A program made the translations under genes and the position numbers. A stretch of DNA of 54,223 nucleotides, filler included, from Jimgerdemannia flammicorona (Eukaryota): assembly GCA_003990765.1 (NCBI GenBank). It is 3 parts of 3 records of this genome, joined end to end, with 100 filler letters (N's around TTAATTAATTAA, not from the genome) between each part and the next. Parts side by side here need not be neighbours in the genome. Positions count along the whole stretch, not along the records: positions 36,219 to 54,223 come from RBNJ01002334.1; 2 more parts are not named here. The stretch is one strand, 5' to 3'. The notes under the pieces were generated by a model. That model was not told the origin of the DNA. It saw only the letters and a list, made by a program, of their open reading frames with translations, and did no database searches. Positions 37,646 through 47,775 of this stretch are shown piece by piece. Numbering within the stretch: position 1 is the first letter of the stretch; every line of letters begins with the position of its first letter.

Positions 37646-39481
37646 GAAATCTATGGACACCACCTATCGAGGTTCATTTGGCAACAGTTGCTCAATTCTG
37701 ACAAATGAGACCCCATATCTGCCACCCAATCCGAGCAAGAGAAGACATCCTCCTGCAGCCCTACCAGCAAAAAGGCCTAGATGTGCACCTACCAGTAGAA
37801 GCAAACAACTTGATATTTGCACCATCACTGGAGCTTCAAAAGGAATACCACATCCTCCTGGCTGAAGAACGAATTCATGACCAGATGTCACCAATCCACA
37901 TCCCTATCAGAAACTCGGGCTTCGAAGTGATAACTATCCCTAAGGGAACAACACTGGGATATTTCGAACCACTGATAGACACCTACAAGGAAGAAGTCTT
38001 TGAATTCTTGGGAAATGGCAAGCTCTCTCCGGTGAGACTGATGGTACCAGGGAGGAAGACTCAGCAAATTCAGCGATCAAAGCCATCGATATCGAGACAA
38101 CTCTAACCAAAGACCAGCAACAACAAATACAGGAGTTGATAGAGGAGTACAAAGATATATTTACCACCACATACGATAACTTCTCACCATATCAATATGG
38201 AGAACACCCTATACATACTGGAGATGCAAGACCAATCTGACAACGACCCTACCGAACACCACATCATCTGATTGAATTCAAACAACAACACATAGACGAA
38301 ATGCTACGAAACAGAGTCATCAGACCATCATCAAGCCCCTGGGCCTCACCAGCAATCATAGTACCAAAGAAAGGAGGATGGAGATTAGTTGTGGATTTCA
38401 GAAAACTCAACAAAGTCACCACAGAAGATGCCTACCCACTGCCAAGAATTGATGACCTCATCAATGCCCTCGGAAAAGCCAAATACATGACCACTACTGA
38501 CCAGTTCCAAGGATTCCAAGTAATACCCATTGCCAAAGAAGATATCTGCAAGATGGCCTTCATCACCAGATGAGGACAGTATGAATACCTCCGAATGCCC
38601 TTTGGACTCTGCAATGCATCTGCCTTATTCCAACGAATGATGAACTATATCTACTAGGACCTCATTGGAAGAAATGTACTAGTGTACATAGATGATGTCA
38701 TCATCTACTCTAAGACATTCAAGCAGCATTTGCAAGACCTCCGTGAAGTATTCAATACCATTCAAAATTCAGGACTCAGACTCAATGCCAAGAAGTGCTT
38801 CTTCAGAAAACATCAAGTCGAATATCTGGGATATGTTGTCTCAGCTCAAGGAACACATGCCGACCCCCGCAAGGTAGAGAAAGTCAAGAACTATCCAACC
38901 CCGACCTTAGCAAAGGAGACCCTATCCTTTCTTATGCTGGCATCCTACTATCAACGATTCATCCCAAGGTTTTCAGATAAGGCAGCACATCTCTGAGATA
39001 TCTCCAAGAAGGACCAACCATTCTACTGAAAAGAAGAATAATAAAAGTCATTCGACCTACTCAAGAAGGCACTTACTGAAGCCCCTGTCCTGGTGTGACC
39101 AGACTTTGGCAAACCATTCATCCTGGCAACTGATGCCTCAGCCTTAGGACTTGGATCAATTCTGTCTCAGCAAGATGACCAGAAGAGGGAGCATATTATC
39201 GAATATGCTAGCAAGGCCACAAATGAAATACAAGCGAACTATGGAGCCACTAAGTTGGAATGCCTAGCAGTAGTTTGGGCTGTGGACCACTTCCGACACT
39301 ATCTCTTGGGAAAGAGATTTGCCCTCATTACTGACCATCAAGCTCTACAATGGTTATTCAACAAGCCGGAGCCCTCAGGAATCTTCGCTAGATGGATCAT
39401 GTCTCTGCAAGAATATCAGTTCACTATTGTCTACAAGAAAGGTGCTAAGAATTCCAACATCGATACCCTGTCAAGAATCCC

Positions 39482-40762
39482 ATGAAACCAATAAGAAGGG
39501 AAGGAGCCCCCACGAGAGAAGGCTGCTTCCCGCTCACCCAAATGAACCAAGAATTGCGCCTCGCCCTCACCTGGAGTCTACACCATAGAAGCTTCAAGAA
39601 AGGAATCCAACCAGCCCACAAGTTGTTTATCCAAAGGAATTTCAAGAAATTCCAAGAAGGCAATGGCGAACTTTGGAGAGTAGAAGGAGAGCAATACACC
39701 TGAGTTTCAAGAGAAGAAGAAATATTGAAGATCCTGACAACAAATCATAACCAAAATGCACACCGAGGAATTGGTGCCACAATCGCAAGAACCAAGAAGC
39801 GATACTGGTGGCCCAAGATGAGAAAACAAATTTCAACCCATATTCAACAATGTGATATCTGCCAAAGATACCGACAAAAACCTACTGACAGAGCACTATT
39901 AATACTGATTGCAGCACCAGCTGGAGCCTTTCAAAGACTGGGAATAGACATTATTGGACCCCTACCAGTAACCAGCCGAGGAAGATGCTACATCCTCACT
40001 ATTGAAGACCACCTGACAAAATGGCCCAAAGCCTTTGCCATCGAGACTGCCGATGCCCAGACAATTATTGGGATCCTGTATGATGAAATTTTCAGCTGCC
40101 ATAGTGTGCCCAAGGAAATCATTACAGACCAAGGCCAAGAATTCGTCAACCAAGCCATGAAGACCTTTGCAAGCAACTTCAAGATCAAGCTACGACCAAC
40201 AACAGCCTACCACCCACAGGTAAATAGACTCACTGAACAAATGAACCAGACCATCAAGCGAGGTCTCACTAGAACCAGAGATCAACTAAACTGGGATATC
40301 TATCTATCGGCAATTCTGTTTAGCATCCATACCTCTAAGGCAACCGCTACCCAACAGACCCCCTTCTATTTAGTGTATGGCCGAGAAGTACAAGATCCTA
40401 CTGAACCAGTCCAGCTAGATCTGTCAAAGCGAGTCACAGAAGAGATCACCCAGTTATACGATGTATGCCAGCAAGCACGAGGATTTATCACCAAGGCACA
40501 AAAACGACAAAAGAGGTACTACAACCACAAAGCCGACCTTGAACCCCTGCTCATTGGACAAAAGGTTCTGGTGTACCATACCATCATAGAAGGAAATTGG
40601 AGTGCCAAGCTTGAACCAAAATGGGAAGGCCCCTATCTCATACATTAAGTATTCTCGAACCATACTTATCAACTCAAGACCTTGGATGGAGTTATACTCA
40701 AGACCAAGATACATTGCAACTGCATAAGACTCTACTACTCAAGAGAAGCAAAATGCATTTGA
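39482..40762 (+). pseudogene. Integrase ORF of element B
   Basis: Zn-binding HHCC, DDE core and GPY motif; starts at an ATG overlapping the RNase H stop; internal stops at 39701 and 40646. Confidence 0.88.
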
Positions 40763-41294
40763 ACAATCCTGTTCACTCTGTCTGTGTCGTCTCCGCTGGA
40801 GATACAACGGATGTTTCACTCAGAACTCAAGAAAGCCAACAACGTTGGAACCAGACTCAAGCCCATCCACGTGACAGACATTGTTACTAAGAAATTGCCT
40901 CGGATTACAAGTAATACTATTTCTGATAGGTTCGAACCCCCAGCCGTGACTATGGGAGCCCTCACCCTAGACAAGGATGGCCAGTCCTCACAAATGCGCC
41001 AGCACTCCGCTCATCCCTGGAGTTAAGACCACCCAACTCTGTGTAACCCTCACCACCAAGGATGGCTCTAATTTTGCAAGAGACAGATGTGACGTACACA
41101 ATTGACAATGGAGTACCGGTGACTGCTAAGATCAGACGACATAATGGCATGACAATCAAATAGACAGCCTGACCCATTAGGTGATCATCCCAAAAGAAGA
41201 CAAGATGATCTGAGCCAAAATGAAGACCACGTTATTTAAGGAACCATACTCTGCCTCAAGGATCGGCACCAAAGAACCAAGTACCCACCACACA

Positions 41295-42251
41295 ATGCCT
41301 CCCATTCGCCGAACCAACCAGACCTCCCGCCGCTCTACCCCTTTGCCTGGCCCAAAGACCCTGATATTTGAAGCTATCAAGAAGGCCATCTGGTGCCCAG
41401 ATACTTCCAAACTCTTGAACTTCTATACTGAGGACCTTGGACACTTCATCAACTACCGGTATATAATGACCCAACAGCTCAAAAACACTACTGAACAAAT
41501 GACCCTCTGGCATGACTATGAAATCAGACACTGCCTTTGCAATGAGACTCAAGAAGGCGATTAGGAAGACCTTATTGCTGAAATGTTAACCACCAGCCGG
41601 CTAATCAAGAGAGCCCTCTGTGTCCATCAAATCTTCCGCTATATTCCCTGGGCTATAGCACACTTGCAAGGAGTAACAGCTGGCAGCCTCTCCTGCCTTT
41701 CAACTGAAGATGCTGACTGGATAGAATCTGAAGTAGCTAACGCTATTGGCAGCAACTGCATCGCTGTAGGAAGCCAACAAACCGAACCTACTCAGCCAGG
41801 TTTCCACACCACCCCACTCCGAGACAACCATCAAGGTCACCTAATGAGTCTTATGGAGATATTTGAAGGACCGCCCATCACTATAGAGACACCTGTTGGA
41901 GCTACCCCAACCACCCACCACCCTGTCAGCCACAATTCACACCTCATCATTTGGGAACCGAATCAAGAAGAAGCCCAAGAACTCCAAGACCCTGCCCCTG
42001 AAGAAACCCCCTCTGATACTGAAACTGACGAGCCTTCAGAAGAAGAAGAGGAGCAACAGAGAGTCTACCAGTCCTCTGTCTGCATTCAAGCTGTTCAAGG
42101 ATTGGAGAATGTTGTTGAAGATGACTGGCCACTTTTCTACCCCCTCACCTCTTGGCCGGTGCTTCCCCCCTTTGAGGAGAGATATGATGAAGAAGAAATC
42201 ACAACCCAGCAAGATTTGCCCACCACAGACGAAGGGTACTATTTCCTCTAG
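41295..42251 (+). pseudogene. 3' accessory ORF of element B (~318 aa, one internal TAG), unknown function
   Basis: MPPIRRTNQ...; ORFs 41220-41564 and 41583-42251 are in the same frame; acidic C-terminus runs into the proposed LTR. Confidence 0.75.
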
Positions 42252-43366
42252 AGTACCACCCATCAGCCATGAGAACCCAGCTTTTGTCAGCAAGTCCGTT
42301 TCCAGCGTTAATACCCAGTACCACCATTTTCAGCATTTTGTCAGCAGATCCAAATTCAGCATTACCACCCTCCACAACCATTTCTGGCAACAATCATCGT
42401 ATCATGTCAGCTCATCTGAATTCAGCATTGCTATCCAGTGCCGCCATTTTCAGCATTTTGTCAGCAAGTCCGAATCCAGCATTGCTATCCCCTATAACCC
42501 AATCCATAGTAAACAATAGCCTGCACCTCACATCGTGCAAACCAATAGCATAAGTTCACCACAACGTAGTATACCTTAGCCTTAGTCGTGCCCCCTCTCC
42601 TATAGCTAGCAAACTTGTATAAATAACCCATATTCTTAGAGTGAATAAACCTCAGTCAATTGGTTTTGAGAAATAACTACTGCCTCCAAGAGACTGGATA
42701 AATTCTAAGAACAAGATAACAACCTAGAGCAACAGATCACTCGGAAGTTTGAGTTAAAGAATTTTCTCTTGCCATGGAAAGAAAATGTTACCCGATGGCC
42801 ACCATTCGAGACCCAGCCAAGGATTCAAGACCAGACCGCCATTCGGACCACTGCCATTCAACTGCTATTCGAGATTCAAGATCTGGAAAACCAAGGAACC
42901 CAAGGATACCCAGCCAAACAAGACTGCAGCCTAAGACCTGCCAAAGGATACTAGACCGCCAAAGACCGACCCACTGCCAAAAGACCCGAATGACTGCCAG
43001 GAACCTAACAAGTTAAGACGGATGAGCGAGCCATCGACCGATTCCCAACCTACTGTACCATGGACTGCTTTAATTAACCGCATAAAGAGCAAGACCGTCA
43101 AGACTGTTGCCACATAAATTCAAGTTCGCTGCCAAGTTATTTGCCGCCCTTATCCACTAAACAGTTGAGCCACGATCGTTAAACAACCGAATGACCTCAC
43201 CATCGACGTCCTGAGCCAACGACAAACGATCTCCCGCTATTATTACTGTATGAACCGAACGACCTGTCATGTGACCATCGACCTGCGAACATCACCAATG
43301 CCTTCAGTTATACATTGTGCACTTCACCAAGTGGCACACATTGAGCCATGCAGTCAAAGTTCATTA
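42185..43366 (+). repeat. Probable 3' LTR of element B (~1.18 kb)
   Basis: Purine tract GAGGAGAGA then TGATGAAG...GTTCATTA (imperfect inverted termini); tandem CAGCATTTTGTCAGCAAGTCC repeats at 42278-42490; TATAAATA at 42618; AATAAA at 42644; no second LTR available to confirm. Confidence 0.55.
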
Positions 43367-44300
43367 TACATAAACCAATGCCACAATAGATAAAGTATGA
43401 GATAAAATCTAGCTATTATTATATATGTAACTTATAGATTATTTAGAAATTTCTCATCAAGAAGTATTAACTCAATTAAATATTGAGATAGAATGAGAAT
43501 ATTACTATCTTTAATATTCTCAAATTGATATAGCCAGAATATAGATCTTGGTCATTTAAGTTTATATTCTAGAGTTTCTAGTATAACTTATTCAGCATTA
43601 TTTAATTCCTCTATTAAATAAATATCTTTATAAAGCTATCTAATGAAACTTATAAGAATATTCTTATAGTATTTATATTTATAGATAATTTTGAAGTACT
43701 ATTATACTTAATATCTAAAGGTAATTCTTTAGAGTATTAATATTTAACAATGTGTGATCAATAGTATCTATATATATATAAATAGTACTTATAGAGGAAG
43801 TTGGGGATCTTAGTGAATAAAAATAATTTAATTTACAAGAATTTGGCAGTGGAATGAGCCAATATATATGTATGTATCTATATACTTAGGATCTAGATTA
43901 TATTTAATCTGATCATATTTTAAATATAAGTAATATAAATAAATAATCTAACTCAAAATATTGATTGATTTTGATGATAGAATTACTCATCTCTGATTCT
44001 TTCAAATACTTGTAATAATTCTTTAAGTCATTATTACTAACTAATACTAGGAATATAATTATATTAAAATGCAAATATATATACTAATCTATCAACTCTT
44101 ATATCTTAAGTAGAGATATACTATATCTGGTTTTAAATACATAAATCATTCTTCAAAACTAGATCTTATATTTCAGAATTATCCATTATCTATAGATAAT
44201 ATTCAGATAAAGATATCATTATTTGAAAGTATATATTAGATAGAAATCTGTTATATTAACTCAATTGGTAATATTATCAGAACATCTCTCTCATTTGAAG
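43367..44300 (-). pseudogene. Hypermutated cyclin gene (A/B-type cyclin box) with an upstream F-box-like motif
   Basis: Manual translation through stops: LIILPIELI*QISI*YILSNNDIF (F-box-like); LDPKYI...CQILVN*IIFIH*...VLF...TIDHTL...L*ILSIIVL..IIYKY...EELNNAE*VILETLEYKLK*PRSIFWL...LSQYLIELILLDEKFL (cyclin N and C domains). Confidence 0.75.
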
Positions 44301-44869
44301 TAAATAACTAGAAAAGTATAGTATATCTGCTATTTATACCTAATTTTATAGTAGGTATAATTAGTTACATTTTAATAGTGAATCTATTTTACTGTTAATT
44401 ACTTTTGAGATATTAAAATTACTTATGCAATTAGGGTATTATATTTAAATAGTAGTTTTGTATATAAGATCTGAGAAGTAGATAGAATATATAATAAGTG
44501 AAGAGTATACTCTATTATTGATAAAGTAATATTGAACTAAAATATAAAAAGATATTTATAAGTTATTAAATATGAGTACATATTGATTTACTATTAGTTA
44601 TCTGTATAATATTACTATTAAGCAACTAAAAGTCTCACAGAAGAGATAGAACCTCTTAATAGATCATGTGTAGTATTTGATCTAAACTATAATAATTATT
44701 TATAACTAAATATTAAATTATTTTAAATTTCTATTTTTCTATTAGAGATAAATGACTGAAATTAATAATTTAGCTATTTGTCAACCAATATATCATATCT
44801 GACTATTTATCTCAACTTTACTCCTTATTTTTTATATTATGTTTCTATTTATTTATTTATGAGTTATAT

Positions 44870-45470
44870 ATTATATCCGACTATTTGCCTCAGACCTCTT
44901 TATTTCAAACTAGATAATTCTAAGCTACTTATTGGAAAAGCCATTATACCTGTCTGAATATATTTATTTCTTAAATAATCAAATTAATATAGTTATCCTA
45001 AAGTAGTATAGACTATACTGGCTCTTTTACACTAATATAAAATCTTAGGTTTGGTGATTCACAATCTCTAAAGACTAGTTTATAGACTCATTCAATCTGT
45101 CTATAGAGATTTAGAAATAATATATATATATATTATATAGATCTCTTTTTCTTAGACCCATATATTACTCTGAGCTGATATTTTTATTTACTCACAACCT
45201 ACTAATATAAATACCATTATACTAAGATATAATAAGATATATACTATAGAGATACTTATACTATATAGAGTTGTCAATAGTCCTTCCTTCAGAGTAATTA
45301 GTAAGTTAATAATATATTTTTACTCACTTTATACAAATTATACAAATTGCATTAGCTCTTTATAGTTCTCTATAATATGAGTTTATTACTTAATAATGCT
45401 CTAGTTAAGAATAAATTACAAAGATTTAGTATATATTCTAAGAACTTTAAAAAGTTAAAGAAGATTAAGA
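44870..45470 (-). pseudogene. Hypermutated relic of a spliced gene, unknown product
   Basis: Two GTGAGT donors (~45325, ~45195) with matching AG acceptors flank exon-sized blocks in AT-rich DNA. Confidence 0.3.
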
Positions 45471-45842
45471 ATTTGAGATAAGAAAATCTGCTATACTTCT
45501 GAGATTAAGTATCTACTATATTATAATAAATATAGTATTTACTATATAACTTAAGATATAAGTTATTATAATTTATATAAATAACTAGTATTTTTAAGTA
45601 AATAAAGACCTTAGTTTTAAAATAAATAAATAATATAATAGTTTAAAACTCCTCTTATATATATATATTTTTTTAAACTCTATAACTCTGATTTTTTTTT
45701 ATAAGCTTTGTTATATCTTTATTACTTTCAATATTCTAATTATTATCAGATTAAATTAGACAATAACTAGAATAAATATATATGATAAAACTATAAATAA
45801 CTAACTTTAAAAGAGTTAGATTATTAATATAAAGAATAAGTT

Positions 45843-46306
45843 TATAATAATTTCATAGTCATATTTAGTCTTAGTACATTTTTGTATCTTTTAGTTAGTC
45901 TTTTCTTGTCATTTCTTAAACATTCTACTATGTTCTGCCACCTTTTACTTGCTTAGAAACCTTCTCTTGGTATCCAGACACCACTAGAATATTCTTGTCT
46001 TTCCTTAGTAATAAGTATCTTATCTTAGCTAGTCATAGAACCTTTCAGAACATTGTAGAATAGTATTAGTCAGCTTTATTGAGAACCTATTTCTTGGCAT
46101 TTCTCTTTCTTTCCAAGATCCTTCCAGATCTTTCTTTCAGATCATATATAAATATCCTTGTTCTCTGCTTAAATAAAGCTCGGAATATTTTCTCCCAGAA
46201 ATTCTTCAAGAATACTTGAATCTTTAAGTATCTCTCCAAGCTACTTTAGGTCAACTAGAACTTCCAGATTTAGCTACTTCCTCTTAAAGAAACTAGAACT
46301 GTTATA
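45843..46306 (+). repeat. 5' LTR of element A
   Basis: TATAATA...TGTTATA (mutated TG...CA termini); matches 51478-51951. Confidence 0.95.
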
Positions 46307-46308
46307 CT

Positions 46309-46320
46309 TGGTAGCAGTGG
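46309..46320 (+). promoter_or_regulatory. Primer-binding site, likely for initiator tRNA-Met
   Basis: TGGTAGCAGTGG 2 nt after the LTR; TGGTAGC is complementary to the 3' end of eukaryotic tRNA-iMet. Confidence 0.75.
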
Positions 46321-47374
46321 TGTCATTATATCTTGCCTTATTAAGAAACCTCACATGAATTTGGAAACTAGTCACAAATAGTCATACAAATCTGAAATAA
46401 GCTGCAAAGAGGCAGTCTATCAGCCAGACCCCTCTGCTATAGAAGAAGCAGGAAGATCACAGCTCAATATAGAGGATGTGATCAATACTATGATCTACCA
46501 AATCAAAGAACTTTAAGTATAACTAGAATAGTAGAAAACAAGAACTACAAGTATATCATATTCTGCTATAGCACCAGTTAGTTTCAAGCCACTCAAGCCA
46601 GATATCTTCAACAGCTATCAAGGAGGGCTATCTACAGATGCATGGACCTTCTAGTTGGACTAATACTTCAAGCTTACAAGAATGGAAGAAGATATACAAG
46701 TCCAATTTACCACTACACTTCTCTGAGAAAATACAACCATCTAGTAGTACAATTATATCATGGTTATCTCTGTACACTCATATGTATGAATCAGAGACTG
46801 AGAAGCCTTCAAGAGAGTTCTTCACAAGCAGTTCAAGTCCGCTAATGCTACCAAACTAGCTAGAGACAAGCTAGTGAACATTAAGCAACTCAAGTCTATG
46901 CAAAGCTATAATGTATAATTCTTGTCAATCCTACTTGAGTTACCAGTGATATCTGAGGACAAAAAGATAGACTGCTATATCTGAGGCCTGAAGAGAAACA
47001 CACAAGTCAAGGTCAAGCTAAAAGAGCCCAAAAATCTTAATAAAGCTATGAGAATTACTGATAGGTTTGATATCATCACCTTTGATAACTGTTTCAAACC
47101 AGAACACCATAAGAAGAATTACTTTGAGAACCACCATAAGAACCAATCAAAGACAGTTGGTCCAACACCAATGGACCTAGACACTATGAATAAAAAGAAC
47201 ACCAAGCTTACCCCTGAAAAAAAGGACCACCTGAAGAAATCTGAAGTTTGTTTCTTCTGTCACCAAATAGGACATATTGTAACCAAATGTCCTAAGAAGA
47301 CTAGCAAACCCTCAAGACCAGTCACTGTATTGTCCAAGAACATATCTGTCAATCTCACCACCAGTCAACCTGAG

Positions 47375-47775
47375 CTCAAGATCAAGAAGCTTCATCTGAA
47401 GACCCAGATTCCCTAATATTGAGCTATTGGTCTTAACCTATACTCAGTCAAACAAGTCACTATTCCAGTCAAGGGCTGAACTCTGGTGTCTACTGGAATT
47501 GCAGTTCAATACTCTGAAGGACATTATACTAGAATTGCACTGTGATCAGAACTCAGTATCAAACATCATTTAGATATAGGCACTAGTATCATTGATCTAG
47601 ACTTTCAAGGACAAGTTCAAGTTCTACTTATCAACCAGAAGGATCAAGACTACACAGTTAAGAAAGGAGACCAAGTCATGCAAATGATCCTAGAAAAAGC
47701 CAGTCAACTCAAGATTATAGAAGTCCAAGAACTCCCTGAAACTCAATGAGATCAAAAAGGTTTTGACAGTACTGA
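47375..47775 (+). pseudogene. dUTPase domain of element A, in frame between the gag zinc knuckle and protease
   Basis: LKIKKL...AIGLNLYS...VSTGIAV...RIAL*SELSIK...IIDLDFQGQVQVLLIN...KKGDQVMQMI...Q*DQKGFDST. Confidence 0.88.

Larger units (their letters stand above)
36434..43366 (+). mobile_element. Ty3/Gypsy element B (5' end lost): Cys-rich/F-box-like region, dUTPase, dUTPase-like fold, RT, RNase H, integrase, accessory ORFs, 3' LTR
   Basis: RT: SPWASP, WRLVVDFRKLN, MPFGL, VYIDDVII; RNase H: ATDAS, ECLAVVWAVDHFRHYL, TDHQAL; integrase: H-H-C-C, GIDIIGP, ITDQGQEF, KLEPKWEGPY; scattered CGA>TGA and CAR>TAR stops. Confidence 0.93.

Noticed and set aside
41583..42251. env gene interpretation of the 3' ORF
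   Set aside because: No signal peptide, furin site/fusion peptide or transmembrane anchor is visible
42278..42490. Spaced direct repeats resembling a CRISPR array
   Set aside because: Few units with mutually similar spacers, located in an LTR U3 region, eukaryotic context, no cas genes
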